In this document: in pieces, positions 41,391-52,800 of the stretch | How the letters are laid out: each line of letters opens with the position of its first letter | How positions within the stretch are numbered: the first letter of the stretch is position 1 | Made by a program: the position numbers and the translations under genes | The notes under the pieces: model-generated | What the model saw: the letters and a program-made list of their open reading frames with translations, nothing else | Database searches by the model: none | Told to the model about the DNA's origin: nothing | DNA from: Bacteroidales bacterium | Lineage (GTDB): Bacteria; Bacteroidota; Bacteroidia; Bacteroidales; UBA10428 | Direction: 5' to 3' | Length of the DNA stretch: 64,000 nt | NCBI GenBank assembly: GCA_016935435.1 | Contig: JAFGQZ010000054.1 | Location: 8,578 to 72,577 of the forward strand

Positions 41391-44300
41391 ATGAGAAGAT
41401 TTTTATCACTGTTTTTCCTGGTTTGCCTTTTTGTTCTGATAAATGGCAGGCAGGTGAATGCACAAACCCCGGTTGCCATTGGCAACGGTAGTTATGCATC
41501 GTTCCCTCCGGCAAACGAACTGGAATTTGTTTGGGACGGGGTAACCTATTACGACGATTATAATTTCGTCTATAACAACCCTATTTATGTGGCCGATGGC
41601 GAAACCCGGCCAATTCCTACAAACGATTGGTGGACACGGGTATTAATCGACCAATATGGCGGGTTGCTTTTTGCCTACCCGCTGGTTATGGAGCCTACTG
41701 CTCAAGGTCTGAAAGTGCAATATCCAATTGGGTTTAATGCTTCCGGCAGCGATTTGGATCGCGGCACCGGGCTTTTGGTAAAAGCCGATAATTACACCCC
41801 TGCAAAGGCAATAGCTTCTAATTGGTCCGACTGGGCAGTTGAAATGAAAATGCCTGGCACTGCTGCCGGCACAAACATGACTGTAACCATGGCCCATGGC
41901 ATTCCTTTTACTTATATCGAATCGAGCGGTATTAACCCTGTAATTACTGCAAGTGCTGGCGCATCGTATTTTACTGCAAGCGGTGCTGCTGCTTCATTCC
42001 CGGTTGCATCGGGTGGTTCGTTTATTGTATCCTCCGAAGGAAGGTTGTTTGGTATCCACCTGGGTTCGGGGGTTACAGCCGACATTACTGGCCGCCAGCA
42101 TATAACCGTTGATTTGGGCGCAAGCTATTCGCTAAATGCCCTTAACCTGTTTTGGGAAACTGCCTATGCCAAAGGGTATGTTGTGCAAACCTCTACAAAC
42201 AACTCAACCTGGACAACCCACCATACTATAACTAACGGCGATGGCGGCACCGACAATCTTTCGCTTTCAGGCAGTGCCCGCTATGTGAGGATCCTGCTCA
42301 ACGAAAGGGGCACTATTTTTGCTTACTCGCTTTTCGAAATTCAGGTTATGAGCGGCAGTACAAACGTTGCCCTCAATAAAAGTGTAACAGCCTCATCGAA
42401 CGAACAGGGCTTTACACCAAACCTTGCCGTCGATGGCAATATGGGCACGCGCTGGGCATCGTTGGCCGGCGCCGAAGAAAAGCTTGTTATTAATATGAAC
42501 AATGGCTCAAACCATTTTACCATTTCGGCACTGAAACAATACAGCGATTTAACCGAGTACAACAACTATGCACACAATAAGCCAATCGACACAAAAGTCG
42601 ATTACAGCTATGATGTTGCCGGCGGAAAAGTAAACACTACCTGGACAATTACAACAACAAACCTTAATGGTGGTACCGCAGGTAATACCATTCAGGGTTT
42701 TATTCCACACCATTATAAAAACACGGTATCGTCTAATGTAACATATACTTCCAGAAATTATGTTACTGCACGTGGATCGATGCGCACTGCTATTGGCCGT
42801 TCGTTCTCGTTTTCTTATAAGTTTGGCGGAATTTTGCCCAGCTTCACTTCGCCCTATAAAAATTCTGCCGATGCCAATTCGTATAACTCAAATGTAATGT
42901 ATGCCCTGGTTACCGAGTTTGCCAATGCTAAAAACAGCTATGGGGCCGATACATATTGGGGCGGCAAAGATTTGGTGAACCTGGCCAAATATACCCTTAT
43001 GGCGAAGGAACTTAACCACCAGTCGTATGAAAAGCTGAAGGCTAAAACACGCGAGGCCCTGGTTGACTGGCTCACCTACACTCCTGGCGAACCGGAACAC
43101 TATTTTGCCCGCTACGACAGGTGGAAAGCCATTGTTGGGTTCGACCAGTCGTACGGTTCGGCACAATTTACCGATAACCATTTCCATTATGGATACCTTA
43201 CCCTTGCAGCAGCACTTTACGGTATGGTTGACAGCGAATTTCTTTCAAGCTACAGTGGAATGCTCGAATTGGTAACAAAACAATATGCAAACTGGGTTCG
43301 CAACGATAATTTCCTGCCCTATTTCCGTACTTTCGACCCCTGGATAGGACATTCATACGCCGGAGGCACAAGCTCGGGCGGCGGAAATAACCAGGAATCG
43401 ACTTCGGAGGCCATGCAGTCGTGGATTGGGATGTTCCTTTTGGGCGAGGCTATGGGCAATACTGCCATGCGCGATGCAGGGGCTTTTGGGTATGTCAGCG
43501 AAGCTGCAGCTACCCTTGAGTACTGGTTCGATTGGGACGAACAAAACCTCCCTGCCCAATATCCGCATAATATTGTTGGTATTTTATGGAATGGCGGATA
43601 TGCCTATGGAACTTATTTCAGCGCCAGTCCCGTGCATATACATGGTATTCAGTACCTGCCGGTTTGTCCTGGGTTTAAATACCTTGCCCAAAACAAAACA
43701 TGGGCTGCCCGCGAATATGCCGATATGATGAACGAATCAAGGGCTGTTGACGGCCATACCAACGAACTCGATTTTGGCGACGATTGGGCACATGTTGCCC
43801 TGGGTTTCAGGCTGCTTTACGATCCGGCTTATGTGTCGAATTTTATTAACACCAACCTCGCCCTGGGCAAAGGCCATGAAAAATATATTATGGATTATGA
43901 AGTGTCGGGGATGACTTATTTTTATACCCATGCCATTCAAAACCTCGGTAACTTCTCCTTTAATTTTTACACCAATTTCCCTTCTTCCAGTGTGTTCGAA
44001 AAGAACGGGGCTTTCAGTCATGCAGTAGTCTATAATTCATCGGCAAGTGCCCGCACATGCAATGTTTATAATGCTGCTGGTGGGGTTGTTGCATCGTTTA
44101 GCGTTCCTGCTAAAACTTTGTTTACTTATCCAGAATTGCCAAAAACCGGACAGGCCCCCGATGGTTGCTATGCCTTAACAAGTGTAGCTTCGGCTACTTC
44201 GGGAAATTCTTCGGCCCCTGCCGCAGTTGATGGCAGCATGGGAACTCGCTGGATTGCCGATAATACAAATCCTTGTGTGTTTAACCTCGATTTGGGCGTG

Positions 44301-46040
44301 AAATGCGATGTGAGTGAACTTTCAATAGCCTGGGAAGCTGCAAACGCCAGTGCATATACTGTACAAGGTTCAAATGACGGCTCAACATGGACAACCGTAA
44401 GAAGTTTTACCGGTATGCCGGCAACTATTCGTACCGATGTAATCAATAACTTCACTTCGGGCTACAGGTACATCAGGCTGAATATAACATCGGCTTCTAC
44501 ATCGTGGCCTTATTCAATTTATGAAATAAATACCTGCGGCGTAGTTTCCGATGGCGGTTCTACTCCTGTTACAGGAAAGCCCATACCCGGAAAAATTGAA
44601 GCTGAAAGCTACGATCGTATGTCAGGCATTCAAACCGAAGCTACAACCGATATCGGTGGCGGACAGAATGTAGGCTGGATAGATGCCGGCGATTGGCTCG
44701 AATTTGATGTTGCTGTGGCCGAAGCAGGAACTTACACAGTTAACCTGCGGGCTGCTTCTCCTTCTGGCGGTGCCTCGGCTGCTATTTTGTCGGGTGGCGT
44801 ACAGAAAGGCACTCTTGCCATAACCTCAACCGGCGGATGGCAGGTTTGGACAACCGTTTCAACTACAGTGCAACTCAGTGCCGGTAACCAGGTGTTACGT
44901 GTTTTAGCCAATACCGGCGGGTTTAATATAAACTGGATTGAATTTGTTGCTGGTGGCGACGATGGAGATGATGACGGGGATGACGAAATTGACCCAACAC
45001 TAAACCTGGCCTTAAACAAACCTGTTTATGTGTCGTCGGTTGAAAATGCCGACATGGCTGGCACAAATGCGGTTGACGGTTCGGGTACTACCCGCTGGTC
45101 GAGTGCATTCAGCGATCCGCAATGGATTTATGTCGATTTGGGATCGGTTTACACCATTGGAAGGGTAAAAGTTACCTGGGAAACAGCTATGGCTAGCAAT
45201 TACCAGGTACAGGTTTCAGAAAATGCCAGTGCCTGGACAACTGTGAAAACCATTACCGGTAATTCTTCGGCGGTTAACGACCATACAGGCCTGACTGCTA
45301 CAGGCAGGTATGTAAGAATATATGGAACAACCCGAAGTACTGTATATGGGTATTCAATTTTTGAACTGGAAGTTTATGGAGCATCGGCCCCTGTTACAAA
45401 TATTCATGTTGAAGCAGAAAGCTATTCGGCCATGAACGGCATTGCCCTTGAAACAACCAGCGATGCCGGAGGTGGCCAAAATGTCGGTTGGATTGATGCG
45501 GGCGACTGGATGGAGTATTCTGTGAATATACCTTCTGCCGGAACTTATACCATAAGCTACAGGGTGGCCAGTTCTCCAGGCGGCGGACAACTTATACTCC
45601 GCTCGGGAAGTAACAACCTGGCTACAACAAATATTGCAGCCACTGGTGGCTGGCAGGTATGGACAACGCTTACTGCAACTGCCAATCTGGGTGCCGGACA
45701 ACAAACCTTGCGTTTGTATGCACAAGCAGGCGGGTTTAATATTAACTGGTTTGAAATATCAGCCGGGCTGAAAGAGGCCGGGGAAAGCTTGAATACTGAA
45801 AGCACAATTTCCTTTAATGTGTTCCCTAACCCGGTGGTTGATGAACTCAACCTTCTGGGAAATATGCCTGTTCGGAACGTGTCAATATTCAATGTTGCTG
45901 GCAAACTTGTTTATAACGAAACATACAACGAATACCTTACAGAGGTTACTGTTGCAACAGGCAATCTTGAAAGCGGCATTTATTTTATCAGGGCTGAAGG
46001 CGAAACATCGGCCGTAACACGCAAATTCATTAAACAATAA
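41391..46040 (+). CDS. GH81 endo-beta-1,3-glucanase with three CBM32/F5-8C, two CBM6 and T9SS CTD
   Basis: PIPTNDWW, FTDNHFHYGY, catalytic NNQESTSEAM; CBM6 (IEAESY..NVGWIDAGDW) twice; CTD VFPNPV..GIYFI..RKFIKQ. Track start is TTG 41379. Confidence 0.93.
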   Translation: MRRFLSLFFLVCLFVLINGRQVNAQTPVAIGNGSYASFPPANELEFVWDGVTYYDDYNFVYNNPIYVADGETRPIPTNDWWTRVLIDQYGGLLFAYPLVMEPTAQGLKVQYPIGFNASGSDLDRGTGLLVKADNYTPAKAIASNWSDWAVEMKMPGTAAGTNMTVTMAHGIPFTYIESSGINPVITASAGASYFTASGAAASFPVASGGSFIVSSEGRLFGIHLGSGVTADITGRQHITVDLGASYSLNALNLFWETAYAKGYVVQTSTNNSTWTTHHTITNGDGGTDNLSLSGSARYVRILLNERGTIFAYSLFEIQVMSGSTNVALNKSVTASSNEQGFTPNLAVDGNMGTRWASLAGAEEKLVINMNNGSNHFTISALKQYSDLTEYNNYAHNKPIDTKVDYSYDVAGGKVNTTWTITTTNLNGGTAGNTIQGFIPHHYKNTVSSNVTYTSRNYVTARGSMRTAIGRSFSFSYKFGGILPSFTSPYKNSADANSYNSNVMYALVTEFANAKNSYGADTYWGGKDLVNLAKYTLMAKELNHQSYEKLKAKTREALVDWLTYTPGEPEHYFARYDRWKAIVGFDQSYGSAQFTDNHFHYGYLTLAAALYGMVDSEFLSSYSGMLELVTKQYANWVRNDNFLPYFRTFDPWIGHSYAGGTSSGGGNNQESTSEAMQSWIGMFLLGEAMGNTAMRDAGAFGYVSEAAATLEYWFDWDEQNLPAQYPHNIVGILWNGGYAYGTYFSASPVHIHGIQYLPVCPGFKYLAQNKTWAAREYADMMNESRAVDGHTNELDFGDDWAHVALGFRLLYDPAYVSNFINTNLALGKGHEKYIMDYEVSGMTYFYTHAIQNLGNFSFNFYTNFPSSSVFEKNGAFSHAVVYNSSASARTCNVYNAAGGVVASFSVPAKTLFTYPELPKTGQAPDGCYALTSVASATSGNSSAPAAVDGSMGTRWIADNTNPCVFNLDLGVKCDVSELSIAWEAANASAYTVQGSNDGSTWTTVRSFTGMPATIRTDVINNFTSGYRYIRLNITSASTSWPYSIYEINTCGVVSDGGSTPVTGKPIPGKIEAESYDRMSGIQTEATTDIGGGQNVGWIDAGDWLEFDVAVAEAGTYTVNLRAASPSGGASAAILSGGVQKGTLAITSTGGWQVWTTVSTTVQLSAGNQVLRVLANTGGFNINWIEFVAGGDDGDDDGDDEIDPTLNLALNKPVYVSSVENADMAGTNAVDGSGTTRWSSAFSDPQWIYVDLGSVYTIGRVKVTWETAMASNYQVQVSENASAWTTVKTITGNSSAVNDHTGLTATGRYVRIYGTTRSTVYGYSIFELEVYGASAPVTNIHVEAESYSAMNGIALETTSDAGGGQNVGWIDAGDWMEYSVNIPSAGTYTISYRVASSPGGGQLILRSGSNNLATTNIAATGGWQVWTTLTATANLGAGQQTLRLYAQAGGFNINWFEISAGLKEAGESLNTESTISFNVFPNPVVDELNLLGNMPVRNVSIFNVAGKLVYNETYNEYLTEVTVATGNLESGIYFIRAEGETSAVTRKFIKQ

Positions 46041-46139
46041 AATTAATTTTTACCGGCCGGGATGAAATATTCCCGGCCCCTTTATAAACACCCATACAGG
46101 ACTAACTCAATTATCAAACGTTAAATACTTTTCACAATT

Positions 46140-49100
46140 ATGAAAAAACTCTTTACAACTCTAATCTTTTCTGCTTTGTCTTTTGGGCTTTTTGCACAAC
46201 TCGAAGGCATAAACCTTGCGCTGGGAAAACCTGCCTCAGCATCTTCAAACCAGCAACCTGCATCCAATGCTGTCGATGGTAATTATGGCACGCGCTGGGA
46301 AAGTGCATCGACAGATAACGAGTGGATAACCATCGATTTGCAAAGCCGATATGTTATCGATACTGTACTTATTTTTTGGGAAGCTGTTGTTACATCGGCA
46401 AACCCCGGTGTTATACAGGGATCTTTCGATGGCAACTATTGGTGGGATATGATCCAGTTTGGGGCTACCGATGAAGATAAAACCGATACTTTGCTCGTAA
46501 ATGACACAACACGCTTTGTGAAAATGAAAGGGATACACCGTAACGGCCCCTATGGGTATTCGCCATGGGAAATTGAAGTTTACGGAACCGAAGAAATTAC
46601 TTCGATTTATGTCGATTCCTTATCGGTATCGCCCGATGATTCGGATGTTGAATTCGGACAAGCCCTACAGCTTACTGTTGCCGGGTTCGATCAAAATGGC
46701 GATCCGTTTGATTTGGCTGGTGCAACATGGACTGTAAGCAACGGTGGTATGATTAGCCAGTCGGGCTTGTTTACTGCCAATAAAATTGGCGATTTTAAGG
46801 TTACAGTTGTTTCCGGCCGTGTGAGCGATACTGCTTTAATACGTGTTACTTCTTCTTCTCCAGTTCCTACTTCGATTGTTCTTACTCCCGAACGCGATAC
46901 ATTAACAGAAAACGAAACCCTTCAGTTTTCGGCTACTGTACTTGATCAGGATGGTAACCCAATGGATGCCATGGTGGAGTGGGAAACAAAATTCAATACC
47001 GTTGACGAAACCGGTATGTTTACAGCAAGCTTTACCGGCGATCACCTGGTGGTTGCTGCTGTTAACTATTCATTCGATGCGGTTTCCGGTTCAATCTCCG
47101 ATTCGGCTGTAGTTTCGGTTTATCCGATATCTACCGAAAATATTGCCCTAAGCTACGAAAGTGTGGGTGCTGCATCTCAGGCACAGCCTGCCGCAAACGG
47201 GGTTGATAACAATACCGGTTCGCGTTGGGAGGTGTCTGCCGATAACCCCGATATGAGCTGGGTTGTTAAACTCGACACTGTTTACGATTTAGGGGCAGTG
47301 GTAATCGACTGGGAAACTGCCGGTGCACGGTCTTATGAGATACAGGTATCGAACGATTCTGTTTTGTGGGAACGTATTTATATCTGCAACCCAAACGATA
47401 CTGTTCGTCCAACACCTAACCATTCGATCGATAGCCTTCCTGTTTACGGAAACGCAAGATTTGTAAGGTTTAACGGCCTTTCACGTTCTTTTGCCCCTTA
47501 TGGGCCATCGTTCTATGAGCTAAAAATTTATCCTGCTGCCAATTCAACTGTTGCAGCAACAAGTATTGTTGTCTCTCCTAAAACAGCTACAATCGACGAG
47601 GGAGAAGAACTAACCCTCAGTTATGCTGCTTTTTCAGCTTCGGGCGATCAGGTGGATGTTGAAGCAGAATGGTCTGTTCTTAGCACCGATGGGGCTATTA
47701 CCGCTGGCGGGGTTTTCTCTAGTGTTCGCTCTGGCGAATATCAGGTTGTTGTTTCCTTTGGCAATTTAGCCGATACAGCAATTATTACGGTAGAAGATGT
47801 GTCGGTTGTAACTTCAATTGTTGTTTCACCCGATGATGCAAGCATTACCGAGGGGGAAACCCAACAGTTTGCCGCAGTTGCCTACGATCAGTTCGGGTTG
47901 GAAATAGACTTTACCCCTGCATGGTCTGTTACTGGTGGCGGCACAATTGATGTAAACGGGTTGTTTTCAGCTACCGATTTCGGTAACTATTACGTAATTG
48001 CTGCCAGCAGCCTTGTTGCCGACTCGGTTACTATTGCTATTGCCGATTTGCCTGAACTGGATTCAATTGCGGTTTCGCCTATTGATACAAGTGTTGTGGA
48101 AGGCCAAACCATTCAGTTCATTGCTACCGGGTTCGACCAGTTTGGCAACCTGTTCCCTATTACAGCTTCATGGTTGGTAACTGGTGGCGGTTCTATCGAT
48201 GCCAATGGATTGTTAACAACTTCAACTGTGGGAACTTTCTATGTGAAAGCTGAAAATAATGGTATTGTCGATTCTGTAATGTTTACTGTTACCGAAACCC
48301 CTGTTTTGGATTCAATTTCTGTTACACCAAAAGTTAATAATTTGGGTTTGAACCAATCGCGCCAGTTTACTGCCAATGGGTTCGATCAATTTGGAAATTC
48401 ATTCGCTTTTGATGCTGCATGGTCGGTTACTGGGGGCGGAACAATTTCAGAAAACGGACTCTTTACTGCCACTGATACTGGAAGCTATTATGTAATAGCG
48501 TTGAATGGCAACATAAAAGACTCCGTATTGGTTGATATAGAAGCCATTTTAGTACTCGATTCAATTGCTGTTAGCCCTGAAAGCGCTTCAATTACTGAAG
48601 GCGAAACCCAGCAGTTTGCTGCAACTGGTTACGATCAGTATGGCGATGAATTTGAGTTAGTTCCTGAATGGTCTGTTAGCGGGGGCGGTTCTGTTAATAC
48701 TTCCGGACTGTTTACTGCAACTAGTGCCGGTTCTTACTATGTAAAAGCCTTTAGCGGCGAAATTGCCGATTCGGTAGTAATTGAAGTTTTGCCTTTGCTT
48801 GTGCTCGATTCAATTGCTGTTGCCCCCGAAACTGCAAGTATTATGGTAGGTTTAACACAACAATATTCAGCTGCAGGTTTCGATCAATTTGGCGATGCTT
48901 TTGCTTTTAGCCCTGCATGGTCGGTTAGCGGCGGTGGGTCAATCAACAACGATGGATTGTTTACCGCTTCTGCAGCCGGAACATTTTATGTTAAGGCTTC
49001 TGCCGGAACTATTTCCGATTCTGTTGCAATTACAATAACAGAAGTGCCTGTTCTGGAAACCCTGGTTGTAACACCGGAAACTGCTACTATTAATGTTGGT

Positions 49101-49556
49101 GAGACTCAACAGTTTTCGGTAACCGGTACCGACCAGTTTGCAAGCCCGATTGAAGTATCGGTAACATGGAGCGTCTCTGGTGGTGGCACAATCAGCGAAA
49201 CGGGTTTGTTTACCGCAAATGCCAAAGGTACATTTACAATAACTGCAGCGCAGGGCGATGTTTCAGCAACTGCATCAGTAACTGTTGTGGGCGAAAGCTC
49301 TGTCGATAAAAATACCGCCGAACTTATTAATATTTATCCGAACCCGGCAACCGATTTTATTACCATTGATCTGGGCGGTTTGAGTTTTTCAGAACTCGAA
49401 ATAATAAGCATTAACGGAACAAGGGTTTATTATTCTGGTATTTCTTCAGTTGCAGATAATATTAAAGTTGATTTTACAACTTTTAAACCTGGTTTATACT
49501 TCATTAGGCTAATTAATAGTGCCGATGTATTTAACTTTACTGTTACCAAGCAGTAA
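46140..49556 (+). CDS. Non-catalytic T9SS protein: two CBM32/F5-8C and nine Ig-like repeats
   Basis: NLALGKPASASS..AVDGNYGTRW; about 82-aa repeats (SIAVSP..QQFxAxGxDQFG..WSVSGGG.I...GLFTA); CTD IYPNPATD..GLYFI. Confidence 0.85.
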   Translation: MKKLFTTLIFSALSFGLFAQLEGINLALGKPASASSNQQPASNAVDGNYGTRWESASTDNEWITIDLQSRYVIDTVLIFWEAVVTSANPGVIQGSFDGNYWWDMIQFGATDEDKTDTLLVNDTTRFVKMKGIHRNGPYGYSPWEIEVYGTEEITSIYVDSLSVSPDDSDVEFGQALQLTVAGFDQNGDPFDLAGATWTVSNGGMISQSGLFTANKIGDFKVTVVSGRVSDTALIRVTSSSPVPTSIVLTPERDTLTENETLQFSATVLDQDGNPMDAMVEWETKFNTVDETGMFTASFTGDHLVVAAVNYSFDAVSGSISDSAVVSVYPISTENIALSYESVGAASQAQPAANGVDNNTGSRWEVSADNPDMSWVVKLDTVYDLGAVVIDWETAGARSYEIQVSNDSVLWERIYICNPNDTVRPTPNHSIDSLPVYGNARFVRFNGLSRSFAPYGPSFYELKIYPAANSTVAATSIVVSPKTATIDEGEELTLSYAAFSASGDQVDVEAEWSVLSTDGAITAGGVFSSVRSGEYQVVVSFGNLADTAIITVEDVSVVTSIVVSPDDASITEGETQQFAAVAYDQFGLEIDFTPAWSVTGGGTIDVNGLFSATDFGNYYVIAASSLVADSVTIAIADLPELDSIAVSPIDTSVVEGQTIQFIATGFDQFGNLFPITASWLVTGGGSIDANGLLTTSTVGTFYVKAENNGIVDSVMFTVTETPVLDSISVTPKVNNLGLNQSRQFTANGFDQFGNSFAFDAAWSVTGGGTISENGLFTATDTGSYYVIALNGNIKDSVLVDIEAILVLDSIAVSPESASITEGETQQFAATGYDQYGDEFELVPEWSVSGGGSVNTSGLFTATSAGSYYVKAFSGEIADSVVIEVLPLLVLDSIAVAPETASIMVGLTQQYSAAGFDQFGDAFAFSPAWSVSGGGSINNDGLFTASAAGTFYVKASAGTISDSVAITITEVPVLETLVVTPETATINVGETQQFSVTGTDQFASPIEVSVTWSVSGGGTISETGLFTANAKGTFTITAAQGDVSATASVTVVGESSVDKNTAELINIYPNPATDFITIDLGGLSFSELEIISINGTRVYYSGISSVADNIKVDFTTFKPGLYFIRLINSADVFNFTVTKQ

Positions 49557-49570
49557 TTGATAAGTTATAT

Positions 49571-49604
49571 AAAAGTCCGGTGCGTTCTTATGCACCGGAC
49601 TTTT
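49571..49604 (+). terminator. Intrinsic terminator
   Basis: AAAAGTCCGGTGCG...TGCACCGGACTTTT. Confidence 0.75.
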
Positions 49605-49820
49605 CTCCTGCTCCCTCAAACAGAAACATGACATTCAGTAATACCAACAGTTCAGTTTCTGGTTTTATAAATTTGTCTTTCACCCACCAAATCAAGCCCA
49701 CCCTACTTTTACTAATTGAATAAACAAACTGGTGGTGTTACAATTTCTTCTTTGAACAAAAGCTGGTTCCGGGGAGATTCTGCAAGCCACAGTTCATTAA
49801 CCTAACTAAAAATTGCTACT

Positions 49821-52800
49821 ATGAGAAAAAATGAATTTCTTTCAAAGTTCCTGTTTTTACTGTCTCTGATAGTAATTCCGGCGATACTTGCAGCACAAAC
49901 TCCCATTTGGGAGGAAAACTTTAATGGCCCTGCCATCGACAAAAATGTTTGGACTTACGATGTTGGCGGAAGCGGCATGGGCAACGGTGAGTTGCAAAAC
50001 TATACCGACAGGCCTGTAAACTCTTATGTTGAAAACGGAAACCTGGTAATTCAGGCATTGCGCGAAAATTTTGGCGGTAACCAGTTTACCTCTGCACGGC
50101 TCAAAACTCACGGAAGGTTCTCCTTCAAATATGGAACTATTGAAGCCCGAATAAAATTGCCAAACCTGAAAGACGGGTTATGGCCAGCCTTTTGGGCAAT
50201 GGGGAACAATATTGGCCAGGTTGGATGGCCCAAATGTGGCGAGCTGGATATCCTGGAAGCCGGATTTGAAGCAGCAAGGTTGCAGGATTCGGTGAACAAA
50301 AAAATGTCGGGGGCCGTGCACTGGTGGCACGATAGCGGAACTTGGGGCTCGTGGCTGCAAGCCGATGCTTCGGCAGAAACACGCCTTCCTTCTGGAAATT
50401 TTTACGACGATTACCATATTTTTAAAATGGTTTGGGACAATTCCCATATCGAACTATGGCTCGATAATACACGCTATTTCAATATGCCTATTACCGATCC
50501 GAATATGTCAGAATTTCATCAGCCAAACTTCTTGCTATTAAACCTTGCAGTGGGCGGCAGCAATTATGTGGGTATTACAAACCCTGCACAAATAACAGCC
50601 CCCTTTCCGGCAAAAATGTATGTCGATTATATCAGGATATACCCCATAGCCGGGCAAACTGAAATTTTCACCAACAGCTTAACACAGAAGTCGGGCAATT
50701 ATGGGGTGTTTAGCGAAAACACGGGCTTAACCGATAAGGTTAATTACACCAACGATGGACATATTTACATCTGGAACAATATGCCAACCGGTTCTGGCGC
50801 AGCATACGAAGGCAGCGAAGTAATGAATTACAATATTGCTGCCGGCGCATGGTGGGGCATGGGCGTGTTTGTCGATAATATTAAAAACATGTCGAAATAC
50901 TCCGATGGTTACCTTCGTTTGATGATGAAGACCACCACAACCGACAAAATAAGTGTGGGGGTTGCCAGTGCCTCGGGCGAAGGCTGGCTCGACCTTATAA
51001 ATGGCGGTGAACAGTTTGGCCTAGTGCGCGATGGTACCTGGCGCGAAGTAAGAATTCCCTTAAACAGGTTTGGTGTCGATTTTTACACCATACACCAAAT
51101 GTTTATGATGAAGGGTGATGCTCCGGCAACTGCATTTAACCTGGCGGTGGACGATATTTACTGGATTGAAAGTGTTGCCAGGCCAACCCCGGAAAACGGA
51201 AACTTTGGTGTATTTACCGATAATACCCCCTGTGTGATGAAATTCAACACACCGGCCGATGGAAATTTCTTTATCTGGTCGAATACATTGAACACTACCA
51301 CAACAACACCCAGGGAAGGTGCAAATGTAATTTCGCTTGCATCGGCGTCCGGACAGACTTGGTTTGGTGCTGCATTTACGCCTAATGTTAAGTATAACCT
51401 TACCGCTTTCCGTTATCCCGAAAGCAGGCTCCATTTCGATATTAAAACAAGCTCCACAGCTACTTTCCAGATTGGCATGAAAAGCGGTAATATTAACGAT
51501 ATCGGCCAAAAATGGATAACCTTCCAAAACGGCAGCGACCCCTATGGTTTAGTTCGAAACGGACAGTGGCAAAGCATTGAAATACCAATGTCGGCATTCG
51601 ATAACATCGATTTGTCACAGGTAAGCCAATTGTTTGAATTACTGGGTACCTCGGGGCCTATAAGCGATATTGCCATCGATAACATTTATTTTACCGGTGG
51701 CGGTTCGGCTATTCACGAAGGTGTATCGGTTCCTGTTACAGGGGTATCGGTAGCGCCAACATCCCTTACACTGGCAACGGGGGCTGCCAGTCAGTTAACT
51801 GCCACGGTTGCCCCGGCCAATGCAAGCAATAAAACTGTTAGCTGGTCGAGCAGCAATACGGCGGTGGCAACTGTCAGTGCCACAGGACTGGTTACCGCTA
51901 TCGGCCCAGGGTCAGCAACTATAAATGTTACTACCCAGGATGGAAATAAAACCGCTGCATGTGCTGTAACTGTTACGATACCGGTAAGCAGCGTTTCTGT
52001 ATCCCCAACTTCCCTCACACTGGCTGTTGGTGCAACAGGCCAACTTACGGCAACAGTTTCGCCTTCGAATGCCACAAACAAAAACGTAAGCTGGAGTTCA
52101 GGAAACACATCTGTTGCAACTGTAAGCGCTTCGGGTTTGGTTACCGGAGTTTCTGCCGGTACTGCAACCATCACCGTTACAACCCAGGATGGTTCGAAAA
52201 CCGCATCATGTGCAGTTACCGTTTCATCGGGCACAAACATTGCCCTGAACAAACCGGTAACCGTTTCATCGACCGAGAATGCAGGTACCCCGGGGGCAGC
52301 AGCTGTCGATGGCAGTGCCGGAACCCGCTGGAGCAGCGCATTCTCCGACCCGCAATGGATTATGGTTGACCTACAGGGCACCTATTCGATAAACAGGGTG
52401 GTATTGAACTGGGAAACTGCGGCCGGAAGAAATTACCAGGTGCAGGTTTCGCCCGATGGTTCGACCAATTGGACAACCATTTATTCCACAACTACCGGGG
52501 CTGCCGGGGTTGTTAACCTGAATGTAAGCGGCAGCGGCAGGTATATACGTATGTACGGCACAGCCCGCGCAACTGCCTGGGGCTATTCGTTGTGGGAGTT
52601 TGAAGTGTATGGTACCCCTGCAGCCCAGATTCCGGTAACAGGTGTAAGCCTAAGCCCTGCAACCCTTGCATTGGCCCCTGGCGCAACCAGCCAGTTAACT
52701 GCCACGGTTGCCCCTGCAAATGCAACCAACAAAACTGTAAGCTGGTCGTCTGGCAATCCTGCTGTTGCTACAGTTAGCGCATCAGGTTTGGTTACAGCCC

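Noticed and set aside
46140-49556. Possible cellulosome-type scaffoldin
   Set aside because: The repeats are about 82-aa Ig-like units, not cohesins, and neighbouring enzymes show no dockerin motifs; kept only as a tether hypothesis.
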